A stretch of DNA of 64,000 bases from Clostridia bacterium. Its GTDB lineage: Bacteria; Bacillota; Clostridia; RGIG6154. The stretch lies in NCBI GenBank assembly GCA_045589295.1, contig JAZNOU010000005.1, positions 64,001-128,000 on the forward strand. Reading direction: 5' to 3'. The stretch's first letter is position 1; every line of letters begins with the position of its first letter. Made by a program: the position numbers and the translations under genes. Positions 40,928 through 49,415 of this stretch are shown here, one piece after another. Under the pieces are notes generated by a model that saw only the letters and a list, made by a program, of their open reading frames with translations, was not told where the DNA came from and made no database searches.

Positions 40928-41183
40928 AAAAAAACCCGTCCCAAAGTAATTTCTTTGAGACGAGTAAAGTCAACCCGCGGTACCACTCAAATTGCGTAAT
41001 CACGCCACTCTCGGAATCCAACAATCCCTATGCCTTAACGCAGCAATCACGGAGAGGTTCTACTTGCAAAGCGCTTTCTTCCTCCCGGCTCAGAAGCTAC
41101 AAACAAAACAGCCTTTCCTATGGCTTGCACCAACCGCCACTTCTCTTAAAAGGACCAACTGTAATGCACTCTTCGTCCATGCC
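40928..41183 (-). promoter_or_regulatory. T-box riboswitch, probable Val (GUA) specifier
   Basis: Stem I with AGAGA and GGTGCAA boxes and a GA motif; AGTA box; T-box AATTTGAGTGGTACCGCG (40993-40976); terminator CTCGTCTCAAAG/CTTTGGGACGGG plus U run. Confidence 0.9.
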
Positions 41184-41202
41184 TTTTGTTCAATTTGATG
41201 AT

Positions 41203-41231
41203 ATTATAACATTTAATTTAATTACAGTCAA
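41203..41231 (-). promoter_or_regulatory. sigmaA promoter of the T-box leader
   Basis: TTGACT-N17-TATAAT with extended TG. Confidence 0.8.
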
Positions 41232-41334
41232 GAAAATATACATTTTTGTAGTGTGTAGCTACCAAAATGTACAACGCATTAGATATTTTTACATTTTGGT
41301 ATATATAAGTTACAAAAACGTATGTTTTCTTGAC
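41227..41334. repeat. Imperfect inverted repeat with four TAC-N6-GTA boxes between divergent promoters
   Basis: Arms of about 45 bp; boxes start at 41239, 41260, 41290 and 41311. Confidence 0.85.
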
Positions 41335-41358
41335 AAAAATGTCGCATTATGCTATCAT
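41330..41358 (+). promoter_or_regulatory. sigmaA promoter of the rightward operon
   Basis: TTGACA-N17-TATCAT with extended TG. Confidence 0.75.
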
Positions 41359-41401
41359 ATCTTTATTATTTATTTTAATGTAACAAAAGGAGTCAAGGTA
41401 A

Positions 41402-41635
41402 ATGTTGTTTTCAAGCTTTACAACTAAAAACAACACCAAAGATGCAAACAGTTTTGCACCTTCTTGTTCTTCTGCCGATAAAAATTCTAATATTGTTATT
41501 TTAGCAGGCATTGCTTTTGCAGTGTCTGTTTTTTTGTCACTTATATGCTTTGACATTATATGCATTATTATTGCGCTAAGCGCACTAATTATTAAGGCTT
41601 CGGCCGTTAAACGAAAAAAGCATTTTGTTTGTTGA
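41402..41635 (+). CDS. Ile/Leu/Val-rich leader ORF (candidate attenuator peptide or small membrane protein)
   Basis: AAGGAG RBS. 11 Ile, 6 Leu and 5 Val in 77 codons. A terminator separates it from the first structural gene. Confidence 0.6.
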   Translation: MLFSSFTTKNNTKDANSFAPSCSSADKNSNIVILAGIAFAVSVFLSLICFDIICIIIALSALIIKASAVKRKKHFVC

Positions 41636-41664
41636 ATTTCAATCTAAGTAGTTGGTAATTTGGC

Positions 41665-41693
41665 GGCTTTGCTTTTTTCAGCAAAGCCTTTTT
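41665..41693 (+). terminator. Leader terminator (candidate attenuator)
   Basis: GGCTTTGCT-tttttc-AGCAAAGCC-TTTTT ends 4 nt before the GGAGG RBS of the next gene. Confidence 0.8.
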
Positions 41694-41707
41694 CTATGGA
41701 GGTAAAA

Positions 41708-42508
41708 ATGGACATCATTGACTTTCACGTGCACATATATCCTGAAAAAATTGCTGAAAAAGCAGTACAGAGTGTTGGTGATTTTTACAACTTAAAAATG
41801 AGCGGCAGCGGAACCTGTGAAACAATCTTAGATACTGGCAAAAAGATTGGTATTACATCTTACGTTGTTCATTCTGTTGCAGTTTCAGCATCTCGCGTTG
41901 AAACTATAAATGATTATATTGCATCTGAATGTAAAAAGCACAGTGAATTTTATGGATTTGGTACAATGCATGCTGACTATGATAATAAAATAGAAGAAAC
42001 CAAACGTTTTTTAAATCTTGGCTTAAAAGGTGTAAAAATTCACCCCGATACTCAGCTTTTTGATATGGATGATAAAAGAATGTTTGAACTTTATGATTTC
42101 CTGCAGCAAACCAAAACCCCCATTTTAATACACACAGGCGACTACAGATACGACTTTTCTCATCCAAGACGACTTAAAAATCTGTTGAAACTTTTTCCAG
42201 ATTTAATCGCAATAGGTGCCCACTTCGGCGGATGGTCTGTTTATGATCTTGCCCTTGAATACCTAAAAGATGAAAAATGTTACCTTGACACCTCTAGTTC
42301 ACTTCCTATGATTGGTCTTAAAAGAGCTAAAGAGCTTATAAGGCTCTATGGTGCTGAACGAATGGTTTATGGTACCGACTTCCCTATGTGGAATCCCGAA
42401 AAATCTTTAGAGGATTTCTTTAACATAGGTCTTACCGATGAAGAAAACGAACTTATTTTAAATAAAAATGCTAAGGGAATATTAAATATTAAGGAGTGTA
42501 AAAAATGA
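41708..42508 (+). CDS. Amidohydrolase_2 family metal-dependent hydrolase
   Basis: IDFHVH, GVKIHP, IHTG, AHFGG and YGTDFP motifs. ATG at 41708 after GGAGG. Confidence 0.9.
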   Translation: MDIIDFHVHIYPEKIAEKAVQSVGDFYNLKMSGSGTCETILDTGKKIGITSYVVHSVAVSASRVETINDYIASECKKHSEFYGFGTMHADYDNKIEETKRFLNLGLKGVKIHPDTQLFDMDDKRMFELYDFLQQTKTPILIHTGDYRYDFSHPRRLKNLLKLFPDLIAIGAHFGGWSVYDLALEYLKDEKCYLDTSSSLPMIGLKRAKELIRLYGAERMVYGTDFPMWNPEKSLEDFFNIGLTDEENELILNKNAKGILNIKECKK

Positions 42509-43893
42509 GAAAAATTAACACAACAGACATTACTCTTAAAAAACTTTCGGAAGAACGTGAAGTTTTGCTACTATTCCGTGAGAAAACAGCCATTGCCACT
42601 TGTGCAGATTCACTTGGAGCTGATGCTGTTGAACTCGCTCCTGTAAAAAATCTTCGTGAAGATACAATAATTTACAAAACCATCTCACAGAAAGTGCAAA
42701 ATGCAGTTGTTGCCATTCCCGTTGGCTTTTCTGTTGAAGATTTAGAAAATGCTTGGGAATGCATTAAAGATGCTAAAAATCCACGTCTTCAGATTGAAGT
42801 TCCCGTTTCTACTGTTCAGATGGAATACACATATCATATCAAATCAGACAAAATGCTTATGAAAATTGCAGAACTTATTAATGCAGCCAAAAACCTTTGC
42901 TCTGATGTTGAATTTTGCGCACTTGATGCAACAAGAGCCGATAAAGATTTTGTTATCAGTGCAATAAAAGAGGCTGAAAGTTGCGGCGCAAACATTATCA
43001 CAATCTGTGACGATGCTGGTGTATCACTTCCAGAGGCAATTGCGTCTTTAACTAAAAAAGTAAAAGATTCGGTAAAAGTTCCTGTATTCGTTCAGGTTTC
43101 TGACAAAATCAGCATGGGTGTTGCATCGGCAATAGCAGCTGTTCAAGCAGGTGCCGATGGTCTTAAATGCGCTATGGCAGGCAAAGATGCCCTTTTAACC
43201 GGCAAACTTTCTGATGCATTAAAAGCTTGTTCATCCGAAACAATGGTAGAAACTAATCTTAATGATACAAAAATCCATACAAGCATTGAAGATATGTTAG
43301 AAAGTATAAATCACCAGGAATACAGCGACGCTTCTTCTGTAAGTGAAAAAAACAAAATTCTCCTTGACAGCGACAGCTCTATTTCTCAGGTTGCACAGGC
43401 TGCTGAAGTATTAGGTTATGACCTTTCTGATTCTGATCTTGGTAATGTTCACAAAGCACTTATAGGAATTTGTGAGAAAAAAGATGATGTAGGTGCTAAA
43501 GAATTTGAGGCACTTATTGCAAGCACTGCTATGCAGGCACCATCTACCTATCATCTTGAAAGCTACACCACAACAAGTTCTAATGTATCAAGCTCAATGA
43601 GTCAGGTTACACTCAAATGCGGTGATGAAATTATGAGCGGTGTTGCAAACGGAGATGGTCCTATCGACTCTGCTTTCCGTGCAATAGAGCAGTGCATTGG
43701 TCACCACTACGAGCTTGATGATTTCCAGGTTCAGTCCGTAACTGAAGGAAAGGAAGCATTAGGTTCTGCCGTTGTAAAACTTAGAAATAACGGAAAACTC
43801 TACTCAGGTAACGGAATTTCAACTGACATTGTTGCCGCAAGCATAAGAGCATATATAAACGCTCTTAACAAAATCATATTCGAGGAGGCATAA
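42505..43893 (+). CDS. LeuA (2-isopropylmalate synthase)-like protein with degenerate active site and intact regulatory domain
   Basis: DRE-TIM barrel remnants (DATRAD, ITICDDAG) and a conserved C-terminal allosteric domain (GDGPIDSAF, STDIVAAS..AYINAL). The TLRDGEQ, HxHND and GERAGN motifs are lost. Confidence 0.85.
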   Translation: MRKINTTDITLKKLSEEREVLLLFREKTAIATCADSLGADAVELAPVKNLREDTIIYKTISQKVQNAVVAIPVGFSVEDLENAWECIKDAKNPRLQIEVPVSTVQMEYTYHIKSDKMLMKIAELINAAKNLCSDVEFCALDATRADKDFVISAIKEAESCGANIITICDDAGVSLPEAIASLTKKVKDSVKVPVFVQVSDKISMGVASAIAAVQAGADGLKCAMAGKDALLTGKLSDALKACSSETMVETNLNDTKIHTSIEDMLESINHQEYSDASSVSEKNKILLDSDSSISQVAQAAEVLGYDLSDSDLGNVHKALIGICEKKDDVGAKEFEALIASTAMQAPSTYHLESYTTTSSNVSSSMSQVTLKCGDEIMSGVANGDGPIDSAFRAIEQCIGHHYELDDFQVQSVTEGKEALGSAVVKLRNNGKLYSGNGISTDIVAASIRAYINALNKIIFEEA

Positions 43894-43894
43894 A

Positions 43895-46354
43895 ATGAAA
43901 ATTGTATTTTCAACTAAAAACGTAAATCGTGGTTCCTTCCTTGATGTTTGTCGTTATACTTATGACTACGGTTTTGCAGGGTTTGAAATTTACGATGCTA
44001 TTAAAGAACGCAAAGCTCACCACGACAGTATTTTACGTCGTGACCGTGTAGCTGATGCAAAAAGAAAACTTGTTAATCGCAATATTGCCGTTGCTGCTCT
44101 TCGTATGCCATCTCCTGTTGAAAGTGATGACACTACAGCAGAAATATTGATTAAATATGTAGATATGGCAGCAAACGCAGGTATTGAAAACGTTATTGTT
44201 CGTGTTGAAGAAAAAACGCCTTTTTATATTTTAAGCGAAAAACTTTCAGATGCAGTAAAACGTGCTGAAAAAGCTGATGTTAACATTCTTTTTGAAACTG
44301 TAGGATATCTTTCAGAAACCGAAAATGTTTTAGATATTATAAACTTCTTTTCATCTGCGGCAATCGGCGCAGCTTGGAATGTAAGAGGAACATATTTCGG
44401 TGCTGGAGAAAGTGCAGAAGCAACTATTAAAACACTCGGCGCTTACATTAAATATGTAAGACTTGGTGATATGGCCGATGGCAAAACTGTTTTGATCGGC
44501 GAAGGTACACTTCCTGTTGAAAACTTAATCAACGCGCTTTCATCACTTAATTTTGACGGTTTTATCTGTGCCGCTTGGAATGACGAAATCAACGATGCTG
44601 ATATCGTTTTAACTCATTTTGCAAACTACATTTCATCTCTTAAAAGAGAAAAGAAAAGTTATGATAAAGCATACTACAACAGAGCTAAAACAGGTACTTT
44701 TGTATGGAAAAAATATGACGTAATTGATTATACTTTCCCTGAAGTGCTTGACACAATGGCAGAAAAGTATCCTGACCAGTATGCATTTAAATACCCTACT
44801 CTTGATTACACAAGAACATATCAGCAATTCAGAAAAGATGTTGATGAATGTGCGGCAGCACTTATATCGCTTGGTGTAAAAGCAGGAGATCATGTTGCAG
44901 TTTGGGCAACAAATGTGCCTGAATGGTTTATCACATTTTGGGCTACAACGAAAATCGGTGCAGTTTTAGTTACTGTAAACACTGCCTACAAAATTCATGA
45001 AATCGAATATCTTTTAAGGCAGTCTGACACACATACTCTCGTTATGATTGAGTACTGCAAGGAAATAAATTACAAAGAAATCATTGAAGAGCTTTGTCCC
45101 GAACTTAAAAATCTTGCTCCGGGCGAACCTTTATACTCTAAAAACCTTCCGTTTTTAAGAAATGTTGTAACGGTAGGATTTTCAATGGATGGATGTCTCA
45201 CATGGGAGCAGATGCTTTCACGTTCTTCACTTGTTCCCCGCGAAGAAGTAAGAAGAAGAGCGTCACTTGTTAAACCCGACGATGTTTGTAATATGCAGTA
45301 TACATCAGGTACAACAGGATTTCCAAAGGGTGTTATGCTCACCCACAGAAACATTGTTAACAACGGCAAAACAATTGGTGACAGAATGGATTTATCAACA
45401 GCAGACCGTATGATGATCCAAGTTCCTATGTTCCATTGCTTTGGCATGGTACTTTCAATGACATCAATGATGACTCATGGTGGAACGCTCTGCCCTATTC
45501 CTTATTTTTCACCCAAATCATCACTTGCATGTGTAAATGATGAAAGAATAACCTGTTTTAACGGTGTGCCAACAATGTTTATTGCAATGTTCAATCATCC
45601 AGATTTTGCAAAAACAGATTTCTCATACATGAGAACAGGCATTATGGCAGGTGCTAACTGTCCTGCCGACCTTATGAGACGTGCAGCAGAGGAAATGAAT
45701 ATGAAAGAAATCATTTCTGTTTATGGTCAAACCGAAGCATCACCGGGTTGTACAATGGGTGAAGTTAATGAAGATCTTGACCACAGAGTTGAAACTGTAG
45801 GTAGTGCCTTCCCTGGTGTTGAATGTAAAATCATCGACCCTGAAACTGGCGAAGAACTTCCAGATGGTGAAAGCGGCGAATTTGTTGCAAGAGGATTTAA
45901 CATTATGAAGGGGTATTACAAAATGCCTGAGGCAACTGCTCAGGCAATTGACGAAGACGGATGGCTTCATTCAGGTGACATCTGTTGCAAAACCCCTGAT
46001 GGATATTACAAGGTAACCGGCAGACTTAAAGATATGATTATCCGCGGAGGCGAAAATCTTTATCCCCGTGAAATTGAAGAGTTTTATCTTACCAACCCGA
46101 AACTTCGTGATGTTCAGGTGGTTGGTGTCCCTGATGAAAGATATGGCGAAGAATGTTGTGCATGGATTATTCTTCACAAAGGTGAAACCGCTGACGAAAA
46201 TGAAATGAAAGAATTTGGTAATGCCTCTATTGCAAGACATAAAGTACCAAGATACTTTATGTTTGTAGATGAATTTCCAATGAATGCGGCAGGAAAAATT
46301 CTTAAATACAAAATGCGTGACATTTCCGCAGAAAAATTAGGCTTAAAAAAATAA
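43895..46354 (+). CDS. Xylose-isomerase-like TIM barrel fused to an acyl-CoA synthetase
   Basis: N-terminal ~250 aa AP-endonuclease-2-like barrel; AMP-binding motifs QYTSGTTGFPKG, YGQTE, WLHSGD and PMNAAGKI. Confidence 0.9.
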   Translation: MKIVFSTKNVNRGSFLDVCRYTYDYGFAGFEIYDAIKERKAHHDSILRRDRVADAKRKLVNRNIAVAALRMPSPVESDDTTAEILIKYVDMAANAGIENVIVRVEEKTPFYILSEKLSDAVKRAEKADVNILFETVGYLSETENVLDIINFFSSAAIGAAWNVRGTYFGAGESAEATIKTLGAYIKYVRLGDMADGKTVLIGEGTLPVENLINALSSLNFDGFICAAWNDEINDADIVLTHFANYISSLKREKKSYDKAYYNRAKTGTFVWKKYDVIDYTFPEVLDTMAEKYPDQYAFKYPTLDYTRTYQQFRKDVDECAAALISLGVKAGDHVAVWATNVPEWFITFWATTKIGAVLVTVNTAYKIHEIEYLLRQSDTHTLVMIEYCKEINYKEIIEELCPELKNLAPGEPLYSKNLPFLRNVVTVGFSMDGCLTWEQMLSRSSLVPREEVRRRASLVKPDDVCNMQYTSGTTGFPKGVMLTHRNIVNNGKTIGDRMDLSTADRMMIQVPMFHCFGMVLSMTSMMTHGGTLCPIPYFSPKSSLACVNDERITCFNGVPTMFIAMFNHPDFAKTDFSYMRTGIMAGANCPADLMRRAAEEMNMKEIISVYGQTEASPGCTMGEVNEDLDHRVETVGSAFPGVECKIIDPETGEELPDGESGEFVARGFNIMKGYYKMPEATAQAIDEDGWLHSGDICCKTPDGYYKVTGRLKDMIIRGGENLYPREIEEFYLTNPKLRDVQVVGVPDERYGEECCAWIILHKGETADENEMKEFGNASIARHKVPRYFMFVDEFPMNAAGKILKYKMRDISAEKLGLKK

Positions 46355-46390
46355 TTAAAATATATTTATCAACAGAAAGGAAGATAAATT

Positions 46391-47449
46391 ATGAATATCT
46401 CTATTGAAAAAACAACAGCTCCAAAAGCTATTCCTACAGAAAACTTAGGCTTTGGAAAACATTTTACAGACCATATGTTCTTAATGGACTATGACAAAGA
46501 AACAGGTTGGGAAAATGCAAGAATTGTTCCGTTCGGCAGACTTTCAATGCACCCTGCTGCAACCGTTTTCCATTATGGTTCTGAAATTTTTGAAGGTCTT
46601 AAAGCATACAGAACAGAAAGTGGTAAAGTTCAGCTTTTCAGACCTTACGAAAATGCAAAGAGAATGAATTCTTCTGCTGAAAGATTAAGACTTCCTATAA
46701 TCCCTGAAGATGACTTTGTTGAAGCAATCAAAGCGCTTGTTAAAATCGACGAAGCTTGGATTCCTAAAAACTTTGGTGAATCACTTTACATCAGACCATT
46801 CCTCTTTGGAAATGATGAATCACTCGGTGTTCACTCAATCAAAAGAGCAACATTTGTAATTATTCTTTCACCAAGCGGAAGCTACTATCCGGAAGGAATT
46901 AACCCTGTTAAAATTATGATTGAAAAAGACGATGTTCGTGCAGTTAAAGGCGGAACAGGTTATGCTAAATGCGGCGGTAACTACGCAGCATCAATCAGAG
47001 CAGGTGAAAATGCTGAACTCAAAGGCTACACACAGGTTCTCTGGCTTGACGGTGTTCACAGAAAGTACATCGAAGAAGTTGGTGCTATGAACGTTATGTT
47101 CAAAATTGATGGCGAAATTGTTACTCCTGAACTTTCAGGTTCAATTCTCCCTGGTATTACAAGAAAATCTTGCATCGAAGTTTTAAAAGACAAAGGATAC
47201 AAAGTTTCAGAAAGACTTCTTTCAATCGACGAATTGGTTGCTGCTATGGAAGCAGGTAAACTTGAGGAAGCTTGGGGTTGCGGTACTGCAGCTGTTGTAT
47301 CTCCTATCGGCAAGCTTTTCTATGACGGCAAAGAATACATTGTTAACAATAGTGAAATCGGCGAAGTTACTCAGGCTCTTTATGATGAACTTACAGGAAT
47401 TCAGTGGGGTAAAGTTGAGGACAAATATCAATGGACAGTAGAAATCTAA
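46391..47449 (+). CDS. ilvE: Branched-chain amino acid aminotransferase
   Basis: FTDHMF, HYG.EIFEGLKAY, AKCGGNYA and LPGITR motifs. Confidence 0.97.
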   Translation: MNISIEKTTAPKAIPTENLGFGKHFTDHMFLMDYDKETGWENARIVPFGRLSMHPAATVFHYGSEIFEGLKAYRTESGKVQLFRPYENAKRMNSSAERLRLPIIPEDDFVEAIKALVKIDEAWIPKNFGESLYIRPFLFGNDESLGVHSIKRATFVIILSPSGSYYPEGINPVKIMIEKDDVRAVKGGTGYAKCGGNYAASIRAGENAELKGYTQVLWLDGVHRKYIEEVGAMNVMFKIDGEIVTPELSGSILPGITRKSCIEVLKDKGYKVSERLLSIDELVAAMEAGKLEEAWGCGTAAVVSPIGKLFYDGKEYIVNNSEIGEVTQALYDELTGIQWGKVEDKYQWTVEI

Positions 47450-48129
47450 GCTACAAACGAACAACTGTATTTGCAGGTCATTACGGAAGTGGGAAAACAA
47501 ATGTTGCAGTAAACTATGCACTTTGGCTTAAAAATTTCGAAAAAAATGTTTCTGTCGCGGATTTGGATATTGTAAATCCTTACTTCAGAACAAAAGATTC
47601 TGCTAAAGTTTTAGAAAAAAGCGGCATAAAACTTATCTCTTCCGAGTTTGCAAATTCAAATGTTGACACCCCTGCCCTTCCCGGCGAGATATACTCTGTT
47701 TTCGATGACAAAACCGTTTATTCTGTTTTAGATATTGGCGGAGATGACAGAGGGGCTTTAGCACTTGGCAGATATGTCCCACATTTGCTTGAAGAAAACA
47801 ATTACGAGTTTTTATTCGTAATAAACAAGTTCAGATTTTTAACAAAAGATGCTAAAGATACAGTTGAAGTTATGAGAGAAATCGAAGAAGCTTCAAAGTT
47901 GAAATTCACAGCTATCGTTAACAATTCAAATATTGGCGAAGAAACTACAAAAGAAGATGTTTTATCATCTGTTGCTTATGCAAACGAAGTTTCTGCTATT
48001 ACGGGTCTTGAAATAAAAATGACTACAATTAAAAGTGATCTTTATGACTTACTAAAAAATGATATTTTAAACTTACAGCCTATTGACCTTTATGTAAGAC
48101 AATCCTGGCTGAGAGAGGAGCAAAAATAA
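47431..48129 (+). CDS. P-loop NTPase (MinD/CobQ-like) of unknown function
   Basis: Walker A GHYGSGKT, DLDIVNPYFR and DIGGDDRGA motifs; overlaps the ilvE stop. Confidence 0.85.
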   Translation: MDSRNLSYKRTTVFAGHYGSGKTNVAVNYALWLKNFEKNVSVADLDIVNPYFRTKDSAKVLEKSGIKLISSEFANSNVDTPALPGEIYSVFDDKTVYSVLDIGGDDRGALALGRYVPHLLEENNYEFLFVINKFRFLTKDAKDTVEVMREIEEASKLKFTAIVNNSNIGEETTKEDVLSSVAYANEVSAITGLEIKMTTIKSDLYDLLKNDILNLQPIDLYVRQSWLREEQK

Positions 48130-48332
48130 TGGCAAAAGTTACATTCAATGAAAATTTGTGTAAAGGTTGCGGACTTTGCGTTACAGCTTGTCCTAAAAAA
48201 ATCGTTGCACTTAAAAACACTTTAAACGCAAAAGGTTATCACCCTGCAGGCGTTGAAAAACAGGAGGACTGCATTGGTTGTGCATTCTGTGCTACAATGT
48301 GCCCTGACTGTGTAATTACAGTAGAAAGATAA
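48129..48332 (+). CDS. 2x[4Fe-4S] ferredoxin, delta subunit of a 2-oxoacid:ferredoxin oxidoreductase
   Basis: Two CxxCxxCxxxCP motifs. Confidence 0.95.
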   Translation: MAKVTFNENLCKGCGLCVTACPKKIVALKNTLNAKGYHPAGVEKQEDCIGCAFCATMCPDCVITVER

Positions 48333-48344
48333 GGAGGCAAAAAA

Positions 48345-49415
48345 ATGAGCGAAAAAGTATTAATGAAAGGTAACGAAGCATTAGCTGAAGCTGCTATTAT
48401 GGCAGGTTGTAAGCACTACTTGGGTTACCCAATTACCCCGCAGACAGAAATTGCGGCATATATGTCAAAAAGACTTCCAAAAATTGATGGTGGAGTATTT
48501 TTACAGGCAGAAAGCGAAGTTGCTGCTATCAATATGCTTATTGGTGTTGCATCTACCGGCAAAAGAGCTATGACATCTTCATCAAGCCCTGGAATATCCT
48601 TAAAGAGCGAAGGTATTTCATACCTTGCAGGCTGCGACCTTCCAGCACTCATCGTAAACGTTCAGCGTGGTGGCCCTGGTCTTGGTGGTATTCAACCATC
48701 ACAGTCAGACTATTTCCAGGCTACACGTGGTTTAGGTCATGGTGACTTTCATTTAATGGTTTTAGCACCTGCCTCAGTTCAGGAAATGGTTGACCTTGTA
48801 TTTAAGGGTTTTGATTTGGCTGAAAAATACAGAGTTCCTGCAATGCTTTTATCAGATGGTACAATGGGTCAGATGATGGAACCTGTATCATTGGACGCAG
48901 GCGTTATCAATAACTATGACAAATCTTGGGCAGTTACAGGTACAAACGGAGAAAGAAAACCTAACATCGTTAACTCACTTTATCTTAAACCTGAAGAACT
49001 CGAAGACAAAAACATTGAAAGATTTGAAAGATATGCTCAGATTGAAAAGAACGAAGTTATGTATGAAGAATACAAAATGGAAGATGCTGAAATCTGTATC
49101 GTAGCTTTTGGTGTTGCAGCAAGAGTTTCACAGAACGCTATTGATATCGCAAGAGAAAAAGGTATCAAAGTTGGTATGATAAGACCTATCACACTCTGGC
49201 CGTTCCCTAAAGATGCTTTAAACAAAGCAGCAGATAAAGTTAACACATTCATTTCAGTTGAACTTAACATGGGTCAGATGATTGAAGATATTCAGCTTGC
49301 TACAAAATGCAGAAGAGACGTTCTTCTTTGCAGCCGTACAGGCGGTATGATTCCTACAACTGAAAACGTTTTAGACAAGATTGAAGAAGCAGTTAAATTG
49401 GGAGGTGCAAAATAA
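48345..49415 (+). CDS. vorB: 2-oxoacid:ferredoxin oxidoreductase alpha subunit (VorB-like, 3-methyl-2-oxobutanoate type)
   Basis: KGNEA, GYPITPQ, TSSSSPG and RGGPGLG.IQPSQSDY motifs. Confidence 0.88.
   Translation: MSEKVLMKGNEALAEAAIMAGCKHYLGYPITPQTEIAAYMSKRLPKIDGGVFLQAESEVAAINMLIGVASTGKRAMTSSSSPGISLKSEGISYLAGCDLPALIVNVQRGGPGLGGIQPSQSDYFQATRGLGHGDFHLMVLAPASVQEMVDLVFKGFDLAEKYRVPAMLLSDGTMGQMMEPVSLDAGVINNYDKSWAVTGTNGERKPNIVNSLYLKPEELEDKNIERFERYAQIEKNEVMYEEYKMEDAEICIVAFGVAARVSQNAIDIAREKGIKVGMIRPITLWPFPKDALNKAADKVNTFISVELNMGQMIEDIQLATKCRRDVLLCSRTGGMIPTTENVLDKIEEAVKLGGAK

Noticed and set aside
40992-41565. ORFs 40992-41198, 41125-41427 and 41347-41565
   Set aside because: They overlap the T-box, the promoters and the antisense strand of the leader ORF, and lack an RBS
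42505-43893. Functional leuA or a decayed pseudogene
   Set aside because: The catalytic motifs are absent, yet the frame, RBS and regulatory domain are intact, so it is treated as a pseudoenzyme
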